DNA from: Octopus bimaculoides
Taxonomy: Eukaryota
Direction of reading: 5' to 3'
Length of the DNA: 64,000 bases
Assembly: GCF_001194135.2 (NCBI RefSeq)
Contig: NC_068981.1
Span: forward strand, 51,282,656 to 51,346,655
Numbering within the stretch: the first letter of the stretch is position 1; each line of letters opens with the position of its first letter. The notes beneath the pieces are model-generated. The model made no database searches and was not told the DNA's origin. It worked only from the letters and a program-made list of their open reading frames with translations. Both the position numbers and the translations under genes were made by a program. Positions 52,010 to 64,000 of the stretch are shown piece after piece.

Positions 52010-54560
52010 CCAACCAACCAGAACGACTTCAAAGACCCCTAGGTATTTGTATCTCTCCACTAGTTCTAATGCGTTTACGACATTCTGCTGAGCATGATTA
52101 ACATTGGACGTTTCTGTCATTTTTCCTTTGATAAAGATAGCTTTTGCACATTTAGCGAGTCCAAATTGCATTCTGATGTCATCACTGAATTGTTTAACAA
52201 TCGCTAGTAAGCCCTTGAGTTGTTGGTCATTCTTTGCAAAGAGCTTTAAATCATCTATGTAAATAAGATGATTTATATTTTTATCAAACATTTTATAACC
52301 GTATTGTACATCATTAAGAAATTTCGAGAGAGGCATTAAGGCTAGCCAAAACAGGAGTGATGATGGAAAGCTGCCCTGGAAAATGCCCCTGTTTGCAATG
52401 TCACGTTCAAAGTCAGTGTGGTTCTCCATGATTTCATACTTACAGAAAAGTTTCGCAGAGTAGGTGCTATTTTATATATTTCCAGACATTTCTTAATCCA
52501 GCAATGTAGTAGACTATCAAAAGCTTTCTTATAGTCTATCCAGGCTATCGACAAGATTTTGTGAAGTGTGTGACAATCTTTCAAGATCATCTTATTGATG
52601 AGTAGCTGATCTTCACAACCATAAGACCCACGTTTACATCATTTTTGCTCATTAGGGAATATGCCACTTTCTATTAAAAAAAAACAAATTATAGGTACTT
52701 TCAGTCAAGACAAATGCTAGCATTTTATACATTGTTATTAAGCAGGTTATGGATCTATAATATTTTGGTTCATTTGTCTCTTCATTTTTTGGAAGTAGGA
52801 CTGTTACACCATTAACTTACCTAGAAGGAATCATACTAGGTTGTTGCAAAACATTGTTGTAAAGTTTTGTTAACAGTTCATGGCTCTCTGGGAAGGCATT
52901 CAACCAGAAGTTAGGAATTTTATCCTTTCCTGAAGACTTCCATTGGCTTGACTTTCTGAGAGAAGATCGGACATTTTCTACCTTGATACTCTCCCACTTT
53001 TGCTTTTCTAAGGAATCTAAGTCTATAGATGTTCTGTCAATCCAAGAAGCCTTTTTATTGTGTGTTTTTTCTCCTGCCCAAATTTTTTCCAAAATTCCTG
53101 CACTTCTTCTTTTGATGGGACAGATTTTACTGCAACTGGTATTTTCCCTATCTTCTAGTGAAACTTTTTCGGGTTACTTTTGAACAGGTTGTTGCACTTC
53201 AGGAATCTAACGTGCGTTTCATACCTTGCTATGCGGGCAACCTTATCACTTACTTTTTGCTTGATGGTTTCTATAGTGGGATCCATGTCAAATATGGAGT
53301 TCATATTATATTTTTTCTTTAATTTTTGGATTTTTGTTGGTTTGATAGTCTTGTCAAACTGAAGGTTTCTTTAATTTTAAGCCATTCAATCAGACCTACG
53401 TAGATTAACTTGGTGTTGATTACACTCTTGTCAAGTAGGCAGGCTTTTGTGGGAATGTTGTCGTTTTCTAAATTTTTCACCACATAGAATCGTTGAGATT
53501 TTCGCGAGTGCATAGAACAGGTGGTTGAGATCTGTAATATCAACATCATTAACTGAAATTATATCTTAAGTGCAAGGCGGATTTTACTAATTACTTTCAG
53601 GTTTTGGTAAGAATTTCGAATCTTTGGGAGAGTATCGAGTTCATTCATAATGGTTTCTTTAATTTTCAGCCATTCAATCATGGTTTGATTTTTAAGATCA
53701 TGTAGTTCTGTTGGGTCAATTTCTGTGTGACTTTCTTTATCTATTTGATTTTCATCTGCCGTAGTGTTTATTATTGGTTCATAGAGTGTTTCAATTTGCT
53801 TATCAGTTACATTAACTCTTTCAATCATTATGGCATTTTCATCAGCCCCGGCTGGTCTATAATTATGTCCTCTGTAGTATCTTCTTTCGCTGCAACTTCG
53901 TTCCTTTTATCCCTTACTGATTGTTTAATTTGGTCCATCTCTCAGTTAGTAATTTGTCTTTCATAATGTTTCTTCTGGCGTTGGCAAGTTTGTTACTGTC
54001 TATGTAGGATCTTACTTCAGGGTGTTTCTGTCTCCAGTTTAAGTAGGTTTGTACAGTATTAGATTCATTTGCTGGTGGGGGGTGAGATGGTATGATAGAA
54101 CGCCGTAAGAACGTCTTTATTATCTTCCCTGGACCATTTTTCATTCTTTTCGTTTGGTTATTTGATGACGAGCATGGATGACCATCTGTTGAAATATTCC
54201 GGTTGTGGGGTACTTCCAGCTCTTGTGTTTCGGGAAGACTTGAACCTGTAGATAATTTCAGAACGAATATGGTTCATCATTCCACTACGCGATCCTTGGC
54301 GTTCCGGGTGACGACAAATTCAGTTTGTATTTTGCCCTCTTATCATTGAGGCACGATGAGCTTGGACGATGACATTAGGGGACGGATCCGTCTGTTCAGG
54401 GATAAATTTTGGGGCAATACCACCTCCATGTTCTGTGCATGTAAACATTCCTTGTAACGTAGCTTCTTAAGGCTAACAAATGTGTATTCGTCCGTATTTT
54501 TGTGGGTTTTTTTGTTGATAGATTTATCATCGCGCTTAGTTTTTTTCTGGTGCATTGTTC
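52010..54560 (-). mobile_element. R4/Dong-like RLE retrotransposon, 5' region through RT domain 7, 3'-truncated and frameshifted
   Basis: QWKSSGKDKIPNFWL, LSIAWIDYKKAFDS, RGIFQGS..LLFWLALMPLS, INHLIYIDDLKLFAKN, FSDDIRMQFGLAKCA, YKYLG. Confidence 0.9.
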
Positions 54561-55035
54561 ACTCTGTCCGTGTTAGCGTGAAAAATAAAAACAATTACTT
54601 TGTATTTTGTTTTTGCTTCGTTTGTGACACGTTTCTTTTTGCTTCGTTTGTGACACATGTTTTCATATGCGTGTGTGTGTGTCCTGTAAATTACACGTAG
54701 TTGTGTAAACATTGCGATGTATATGTAGTCCTTTGAGTATTAAAATCTATATATGATAGTGTAGACTTTCGAGAGTATGCGTAATTACTCAATTTATGTA
54801 CTTATGGTTTTGTTCCATTTATATTTTATAATTTCTAATCTTTCCGGTGTTGATTTCGCGTGTGTGCTTCGCACATGTTTCACTGAGACATCGTGGATAG
54901 GAGAAACTGTGCTTTGTATGGCAGTAAAATTTCGTTAAAAAACCGTTTTCTTGTAGTCTTCCACAGGTTCTTTATTTCATTCCATTATTAGAATAGATTT
55001 CTTTTTGAAGCACATCCATGTTGTTATTCAGCGAT

Positions 55036-55061
55036 ATTATTATTATTATTATTATTATTAT

Positions 55062-55108
<47 letters not shown>
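55036..55108. repeat. (TTA)n-(TAG)n compound microsatellite
   Basis: Visible arrays. Confidence 0.97.
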
Positions 55109-55129
<21 letters not shown>

Positions 55130-55511
55130 TATCATTAAAATGGCCAGTGATAACTTTCGATTTAAATACGTTTAGGTTACTATTATTGGGCATATATAAA
55201 AACATTTTTTGACCGTTATAAATTTTGTTTGCTTAATTATTTTATCCATGTGAATTTTGTTGTTCTTTTATTACACTTATGTATTTGGATTGTTAACGCT
55301 ACCGCTCCAAACGCACATCTATCTATTTATCTTTATATTCATCTCAATCTGGCTGTCCTTTTACATGGAATTTCATCTGTGTTTTTGAACTATGGCCCTG
55401 AAGAGATTTGTATAATAGATATGTTTTTTTATGAATCAAATAATGTATATAAGTTGAAACAAATTTTTGGCTCTATTCGGTTTTCTTTTTAAAATTATGT
55501 TTTCATATCCT

Positions 55512-55581
55512 ATATTATATTATATTTTATATTATATTATATTATATTATATTATATTATATTATATTATATTATATTATA
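55512..55581. repeat. (ATATT)n pentanucleotide microsatellite
   Basis: Visible array. Confidence 0.95.
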
Positions 55582-56001
55582 ATGTAATAAATTGTTTGAT
55601 TGTTAGATTATTTCTGCAATTAATTTTTTATTTGTAATTTGTATTTATACCTCTATTTCGGTGGTATAAAACTGCCAACATTTTCAGTGACATAGTGACT
55701 CTACTGTTCGCTCAAAGGTCTGCAATGACACCTCTGCCATCTAAACTAAGGTACACACACGTACAAGCATGCATACATACAGGTATAAGACCAATTCTCA
55801 GACCGCGTCTGAGCAGGCCGAGTACAGCAAGCGGTGAAGTGACAAGAGTAGGGTAAAAAAGTAGAAATGAACCGTTGGGGGTATTATTGGCGTAATGACT
55901 CTCCCAAGACAGAATACCCATACATATACAAATACATATATACGCTTGTGTGTGTGAGTGTGTATGTGCGCGCGCGCAGGTTTGTGTAAGTGCGCTTGTT
56001 T

Positions 56002-56043
<42 letters not shown>

Positions 56044-57292
56044 NNNNNNNNNNNNNNNNNNNNNNNNNNNNNNNNNNNNNNNNNNNNNNNNNNNNNNNNN
56101 NNNNNNNNNNNNNNNNNNNNNNNNNNNNNNNNNNNNNNNNNNNNNNNNNNNNNNNNNNNNNNNNNNNNNNNNNNNNNNNNNNNNNNNNNNNNNNNNNNNN
56201 NNNNNNNNNNNNNNNNNNNNNNNNNNNNNNNNNNNNNNNNNNNNNNNNNNNNNNNNNNNNNNNNNNNNNNNNTAGTTCCAAGAAGTGACATTACTATACC
56301 ACTGGTCATTCACTGTTAAGAAAAGTTTTTCTCTTGTATATTCCTTAGATACCGAATGCGTTTTTTCTCTTTATTCATCACTTCCCCCACTTTTTTTCTG
56401 TGGGTCATATTTTTAAAAACATCCTTCGCACTTTTGCTGTGTCTAAATTTTCTATGGAAGTAATTTTAAATTCTTATTTACGGTTATCAACGACTTTTCC
56501 TGCTACATATGTAGGATCATTTAGATATCTACTTATTATTGAATTGTTGTTTTTAGCGTGTCTTTGAAGAGGTCATTATTTTACAAGTGTATGATTGAAG
56601 AGTTTAATATTCAAATTTAAATTGAAATTAAACAAAAATTTGTTTTCTATATAATCAATCATTCTATGAATGGATGGCTAAAAGAAATCAATTAACCATT
56701 TTAAAATAGTGCTCATAATTGTATACAAACATAGATGCATACATCCATAAGCGTATAAGAGTGTATTTACCAACACTTATTATCTAAAAAGTATTTTAAT
56801 ATAGTGAAAGCTAACTGCAATCATCTTCAAGTAATCTAAGTTGCGGAAGTATGTTGTGAAGAAAAAAAACATGAAGAATTTCAATCCATGCTGGTTTTGG
56901 AAGCTTATAATGAATATATCGTTCTCTCATCAGTCTTCGTCACTTCTTGAGAATAGTACAGAAACAATTGAATTAATTTTATACCGCAGCTCACACAATT
57001 AATGTAAGAGAAAATAGTCTATCTCCCAAAAGAGAGTGTATCATTCGGTAAATGTTTGTTTTCCTTAGAATAATCAAATATAATTTTGTTTAGACTAAAA
57101 TAAACACCTGGTGACCAAGATAGTTCTGCTTCTTCATCTATCTGTGTAGCTGGTTAGGTAGCTACCTAGGTATGAATTTCACTTATACCACAAAATCTGT
57201 CGCAAGCTATCTTCCCATGTATCGTTTTATATTTGAAATGGCAACAATCTTGTATTTATACGCAGAGACAAATGTGTGTGTTCTTGTATTTT

Positions 57293-57384
<92 letters not shown>

Positions 57385-57501
57385 CGTGTGTGTGTGTGAG
57401 AGAGACAGAGAGACCTGTGTGCATAAGTGTCATCTAATGCACAGATTTAAATACATTTTACATATCATGTGTGTGTGTACGTATATTCGCTGTTGAATAG
57501 T

Positions 57502-57541
<40 letters not shown>

Positions 57542-59671
57542 TAAATAGAACCTACATTACAAAAGAGTAAATGTTTGCAGGGGACTGTGAAATTTCTTTC
57601 GGCTGGAGGACGATAGGGCCTTTCTCATAGTTATAATTGCCCCACATTGAGGTAGGCATTCCTATGGATCTTTTCCTTCGTTTCTATCTCTTCATTATCG
57701 TCAAGCGGTAGCAATAATGCTGTTGGTATTTGTTTCAGGGTAATGTTTCTGTCTCCTGATCGGCTTCAAGAAAAAAAAAGAAATGACCTACTTTGACGTT
57801 TCCAATTTTGCACTCAATGGTCCTCTAGGAATAGTTGATTCACGGATCTGCTGCTACTGTTACTGCATTTCTCCATGAGATGTTTTGCTCATCATAGCTA
57901 AGAGCGTATTTGTAACAACCAAACTTTTTTCTGCTTTCTGTCACTATCATGGCGCACAGAAGTATGTCCACAGAGGTTACACCTAATAACATATCACCAA
58001 TTTGCACTATGAACGTAATAACGATTCAGTGGTCAAATAAGTTTTTTAAAAACCTACTTCTAGGTTCATTCGTCACATGTTCTGTGGGGTTTGTCTTCGA
58101 ACATCTGTGGGATGCATCTACGTGACATGCCACTTCGCGCCATCTTGAGGTTAAAAAAAAACATTGTTCCATACGGCATTAATCGACTCTTCAAAGACAT
58201 CTCATTTTATGTGTCATCGATCGTTCTAGCAATTCTCTGAACAGTACGAGAAAAAAATGAAATTACACAAGTAGGTAAGCTTCATTATTTAGTACGGTTA
58301 CGATGAATTTCCCAATAGAAATCACCTTTTTTGTGGTTTCATTTTACCATATAGTCTTTTTTTTTTTTTGTCTAACTGTTCCATGTCGAAGGATTGCTAG
58401 TGGCACGTTGTATTTGTAAATACAGAAAATGCCTTTTAACTTGAATTTGTCTGTATTTTTATTTGACAATTGTCTATGCATTTATGTTAGTTTTGCTTCC
58501 GTTGTTTTTGTTAAGCATATTAGTACCGCTCTTGTGTGTAGTATTCCATACAGAAATATTAATATATTCGTCCTTCAAATTGTATGTATTTCGTATATGT
58601 AATATTCATAAATATGTTCCTTTTTTAGTCATTAAACACCGCGGATGTATTTTCACGCTCACTCTCTTGGATATGGTTGACAGAAATAATCGTTGCAATG
58701 TTATATACGTACATAGGCAAAAGAGGAAATAGAAATATTATCTAACATCACGTCTTTCTCGTCTTCCGTTTCTTAAATTAGCAGATGACCAATTCCTAGT
58801 AGATTGAATTAATTGCAAAATAATATATTCTTTTCTTAACGTTAAACTTTTTAGAATCAATTATCTCAAACTTTTCTCAAAAGAGTCTGTACAGGTCAAC
58901 ATTTTATTAGATTTTATAATATGGAGTGATGTAAATGTAAATCTCGATAATATTTGGAATAAACCCGGCAATATCACCAAATTGGAAACTTAATTTCAAG
59001 AGAAACTGATGGCGACTCTCATTATATGCGTTATCACATAAAATATATTTTTGAAATAACATACATAAGCGTAAATTAGATCTTATAAAAGAAGGATATG
59101 ATATACCTAAGTGAAGTCTTGCATACAAACAATATAAAGAAGAAAGACAGTAAGAACAACTACTTTTCATTGCACATTCAATTTACTGCTTATACAACAC
59201 TAACAATACGACATTTTATATAATCAAGAGGAGATGAAATAAATGAACCAGACGAACATTTAAAATATACTAAATATGCTGAAGGCGAAATCAAAAACTA
59301 ACTATAGCAATAAATTATTTGGAAGTGTGAGTTTATTACAATGTAAACCGGAGAGACCAGCGCACCACACAGTTCACAGTCTGTGTCATCTCAAAGGTAA
59401 CTCAATACGGAATAGCCTGTTTCTTAATTAAGGCACTCAAAATAAAAACAAATTTAACAGGAACGCTTGACCACTGAAAGCTACATTGGAATATTCGGTG
59501 CATTCAATACAATAATGAAACACACATGTGTAAAAATACAATGCCTATAAGAGAAAACACTCAGGAAGCAATGGAAAATTGAGCAATACTTAGCGGCACG
59601 ATTATGAATATTTACCTTTAACACTTCTGGAAGAACAGGGTTATCTTTCAATAAAATACCAAAAAGATATA

Positions 59672-59991
59672 TCAATATATATAACGGAGGATGTCTGTCT
59701 GTGTGCGTGTCTGTGTGTGGGCTTGCGCATCACGTCAACACCGTTTGTCCGATCTTCACCAATTTGCACACACGTATGTATTTTGGTCCAAGGAGTGTTT
59801 ATGGTATATCGATTTTTCAAATTTTGCTTACTTTGAGCACAGGATGGGAAAAACCGTCTCAGAAAAGGCTTTTCTGGGCTTTACTCCGGAACCATACACA
59901 CAATTTTGCTCAAATTTGAAATAAACACGCATTAAGCTTTCGGCCACAAGCTGCAAAATAATGCAAAACGCTTTTAGAGATAGAAAAAATC

Positions 59992-60046
<55 letters not shown>

Positions 60047-60681
60047 TGATCTACGCATAGATTGGGGCTCAAAGAATGAACTCAGATAATGTTGCTTCGG
60101 AATCTGTCACCACTGCGACTCTGTTATAGCACACGACTGGTTGTAAAAACAAATCTACTCCATGTCATCGAAATGACAATTTTAACGGGATGTGGACAAG
60201 GGGACGACGTATTTATTCCAAGAATTCCCCTCATTTCATCAAGAGTGGAGATTCTCTTTTCATTTCGGAGACCCCTCCCCAATTCCCAATCTTTGTTAGC
60301 TTTGCGATGTTCAGCAACAAGTCCCAAGGCCAAACCCTAGCTGTGGCTTGCCTTCTTTTGGAAGAGTCATGTTTTTCACATGGACAACTGTATGTTGGCT
60401 GCTCAAGAGTGGGAAGCAAGACGGATCTTTAAGCCTTCGCCAAAAAACGGGAAAAACACGGGACATTGTGCACAAGGAGGTGCTGCAATCGCAACAAGGA
60501 GAACGGTAAGTACTTCCCGTTACTTGAACATTCGTGTTACAATTTTGCATCGCTGCATGTCCAAAATCATTTTGACTTTTTAGGTAAAAAGACAAAAGAG
60601 TATATACTCGATTGGTTGAAAGAAGAAGACACTGCTTCAGAAGTATGCCCGATCACAGGCAATGCCGGGATTTACTGCTAG
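59672..60681 (+). mobile_element. non-autonomous Helitron (~1 kb) retaining the PIF1-helicase C-terminus
   Basis: A|TC 5' end at 59671/59672 followed by (TCTG)(TGTG) tract; LLRNLSP.LCYSTRL..VIEMTILTG..VFIPRIPLI and FAMFSNKSQGQTL..CFSHGQLYVGCSRV; 3' CCCG..GGCAATGCCGGG hairpin remnant, then CTAG|T at 60678-60682. Confidence 0.85.
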
Positions 60682-61601
60682 TAAGGATATAAAAAAGAAT
60701 AGAATCATTAGAAATTCATGCATACTTGGACGGAATATGAAATCAAGACAATCAGCAGAGGGGAAATATATGATGGATGAGAAAAAAACATCCTTTGTAA
60801 CCAGAAAGGAACTCGTCAAAAGTCTGAGAACTGCCAGCAGCTGGGACGTACTTGTGATTGACAGTGTCCCTTAATCCTGACTGGAGCCCCTGATTAGTTC
60901 CTATTGATATATAGCAGTAACATTCAATGCAGGTTTAGACAGAGCAAAATCAAGTGATTGACAGTTTGAGATGGGCAAAGACACCCGGAATCGATCTCAT
61001 AAGCCTTTAAGTTTCGTCCCAGCAACATAAATCCCTTATCTTTATGCTGTACATTAGGCTAGTTTACATCTACAGGCTTTTAATATACTACGAGAGAAAC
61101 ATAGAGAGCGCAAATAATGTTCCATTGTCAAATTGACAGACATGGATGAAACGAAATTTTGCAGAAGGCTGTGAAAAAGAGGAAAACATAGCTCGGAAGA
61201 TATGTGAAAGGATTGCAAACTTATTGGAACTGGAAACATTCTATATATAGAACACACATCACGTCAAAAAAAGCAATATAATCTTCCAAAGTATATTCAA
61301 GATAACTTAAGTCAATCCGATATCTGTAGAATGTTGGTCTTCCAAAGACAATCTTTACGATGCTCCTCTTTCGACTTTAATTCCGTTAACAATCTGATAA
61401 AGTAAAACACAGTTGGGTGCTGATACTATGCTCATGAGTATCTTCAACATATTTGCAAAGGATTTCGCGTGTGGAAAACGTACAATAAATTGTGCGTAAA
61501 TTCAATTCATAATTTTCACAAAGATCCACTCGTCCTCAGGTTCCATTTTGTTCCCATCCTCACCAGCATATACAGTGAAACATCTGAGAGGGAAGCTGCA
61601 A

Positions 61602-61940
61602 TTATTACCGCCACGTTAACAAAGGCAGAGGTATAGGTTTTAGCCGTGTTTGTTTGTTTGTCCGCGGACAAGATTTCTCAAGAACCGCAGGATGGACCCG
61701 GATGAAACTTTCAGGGATGTTTGGTCTCGTGACTGGCACGAATTGATTAGAATTTGGGATCGATATTTTTCCGTTTTTTTTTTTTTACTAAATTTTTGAG
61801 AGCAGTCGGGTTCATTTTTAATATTCTCGTTCGTGAGCACAGTCGAGTTTATTTTAGATATTCTGTTTTTTTTAAAATTATCTCCGGCTCATTGTTGATG
61901 TTGCCTTGGCGGAGGTTTACGCTCTCTAAGTGCCCTTGTT
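61602..61940 (+). mobile_element. Helentron-associated non-autonomous element (HINE/DINE-1-like)
   Basis: 5' TTATTACCGCCA..GGCAGAGGT, (GTTT)n tract, 3' CCTTGGCGGAGGTTTACGCTCTCTAAGTGC: subterminal inverted repeat and 3' stem-loop layout. Confidence 0.65.
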
Positions 61941-63042
61941 GTTATTGTTTTAAGCGAAATTCATCTTCCATTTTTTTCTTACCGTAAAAAACTAGTTCGA
62001 GCAGTGTAAGCTACCCTTCACCTTTTGATATTGAAAACGAGGATAGCTTTTCCAACATCTCCGAGGCAGAGCACTATTTTGTGAAAAGCAGACTGTTGCC
62101 AGCAGCGGTTACTGGTGCCCTTTTCTCCTACTGCTCTTTTACGTAGACCTTAAATGGCATATAATGCAACATGTGTTAGGGCTAAGCATTTTGTTCTAAA
62201 TTATCACCAATAAAGATCTGGAATCGTTTTTCTTGCGGAACAGTGAGAACTCGTATGCCAATGATGCTGTAGCCGACTACCTATCATTGAAAGTCACGTC
62301 AAAGCTGACTCCCCGATCACATTATGCAGCAAAATGTACCACAAGATAGGGATTAATATTGTCAATCACATCATCAATGCTGAGCCTCGTATTCCATCGT
62401 TACAAATAGTGTGAGGTCAGTTTATAGGCAAATATAATATCACCAGCGGAGATTGTACTTTGGCAGCGTCCTCAGTATAAATAAAACTGCATATAGTACT
62501 ATATGCCCTCTTTCTCCCAATGTAAATTTCGAGCAGAGAAGTTCTCATTCTCTCTCTCATTCCCGGGACATTACATTGCCATGCAATTGTTCTTTCAATT
62601 AAATTTTCCAAATCAAGTGTCCGTTTGAATAAAAGAACTTTTGCAAAGAACGAAGTCTCGACTGGATTTGAAATAATTTCAATACCGCTACCGATTGCTA
62701 CAATCCGAATTCCTAGTGAATTAATTATATAAAGAAATACAAAGAAAAAGATATAGAGGTCTATATTCTTATTCGCAGTTTTCACATTGTGATGGTATTC
62801 GCTCTGAATCAGTCTCGTTGCGTACCATGCGTTTCATTTACTGTAATAGAGAGAGACAACGTGGCCAAGTTAGGCAACTTTGTTGGATTTTGTCAAAGAC
62901 AATATGTTTAGAGTAGCGAATATATTTCAGTTGCAATAAGTGGCAGGAAAAATTCACAACTCACCTTTGGTCTTTATAGAGGTTTGACTATTGAAGATTT
63001 AGTTAGATATGATACGGGTAACTTTTTTATTCATCTCAACAG

Positions 63043-63080
<38 letters not shown>

Positions 63081-64000
63081 GCTGCTAAAACTACTACTGT
63101 TTGAATCTGCAACACTATTGTGCGACATTTATTGCTAAGATAACTTTCACAGATACAAAAGAAAAAGCAGTAGACACACGTACACAAACTGAGAAACACA
63201 CGCACATATCTAATACCTAATAGATGTTTATAAATATTGTCATACACGTAAAGACGAACGACACTCCTCCCCCCCCCCACACACACACACTTACGTATAG
63301 CGTATATTTAACAAGAATCTGCAGTTTTATTGCACCGTGTGTTATTGAGACGAAGGTCATATTATTTTGTCTGACACTATTTATACTCTCAATCCACGGC
63401 CCTACATTATAAAATATGCAATCAAATAGATGTACAACAAATGAAATTCTTTTTGCCTACACACTGAGAATCAATAAGTATCGGGGCGGGGGGGGGGAAC
63501 AGTGGTAATATTCTGATAGATCCGTTTATTTTATTTCAAATCCTGTCTGGACAGATATTTCCTTTCATCTACCGAGTTTCGATAAAAGAAATAAGATTGA
63601 AGTATTGAGACTGATTCAGTTGAATATTCACCGTTGCAAAAGTTTCAGGTTTATAATTTTATTAATAATCATAATTAATTAGTATTTCTTTAGATTTCGG
63701 ACATCAGCTTACATACAACAATGTGTCGGGAAAAAGTGACAGAAAGATTTTAGATTTAGGACTAAATCTGCTTGAACAGTCAGCTTTGCCATAGTATAGC
63801 GTGCCAAAATTTTATTCGAGATGGATATCATGAATAACGTGCAGCAGTTCATTTCATGTTAGCTTCATCATACACAAGCAACCATCTTCTGTTGTTTATG
63901 TTATTGGACGGCGACAGATTCGACGAACAGCTACTCCAAGAAACAAAAAGAACAGTCAGTAGTATCTGAAATTTATGATCTGCTAATAGAAACAATTTTT

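Noticed and set aside
54330-54430. HDV-like ribozyme at the Dong 5' end (GACGGATCCGTC hairpin followed by CTAATG on the minus strand)
   Set aside because: Could not build P1, P3/L3 or P1.1; only a P4-like hairpin and a J4/2-like word are present.

Overview
AT-rich, microsatellite-dense animal genomic DNA with eight N gaps, most bordered by (TA)n. The SINE families and composition suggest an octopus/cephalopod genome (inference from recalled repeat consensi, not a database hit). No intact protein-coding gene, tRNA, rRNA or CRISPR array can be supported; most ORFs in the track are microsatellite or N artefacts. The window is a nested graveyard of transposable elements: restriction-like-endonuclease LINEs (R4/Dong-like and HERO-like), Tx1/L1-, CR1- and RTE-like LINE fragments, two Penelope-like elements, a Gypsy integrase remnant, two Tc1 elements (one DD34E, one DD36E-like), a Chapaev3-like remnant, a non-autonomous Helitron, a Helentron-type HINE and many tRNA-derived SINEs. 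The most interesting signal is a ~0.9-kb foldback (48486-49393) at the 5' end of a Penelope-like element. Each arm carries a minimal type I hammerhead ribozyme motif with a palindromic stem III. A second, sequence-unrelated hammerhead of the same architecture lies at 44473-44509. A few weak splice-bounded exon candidates on the minus strand hint at a long-intron host gene. Element boundaries are read by eye and are approximate unless exact motifs are quoted.
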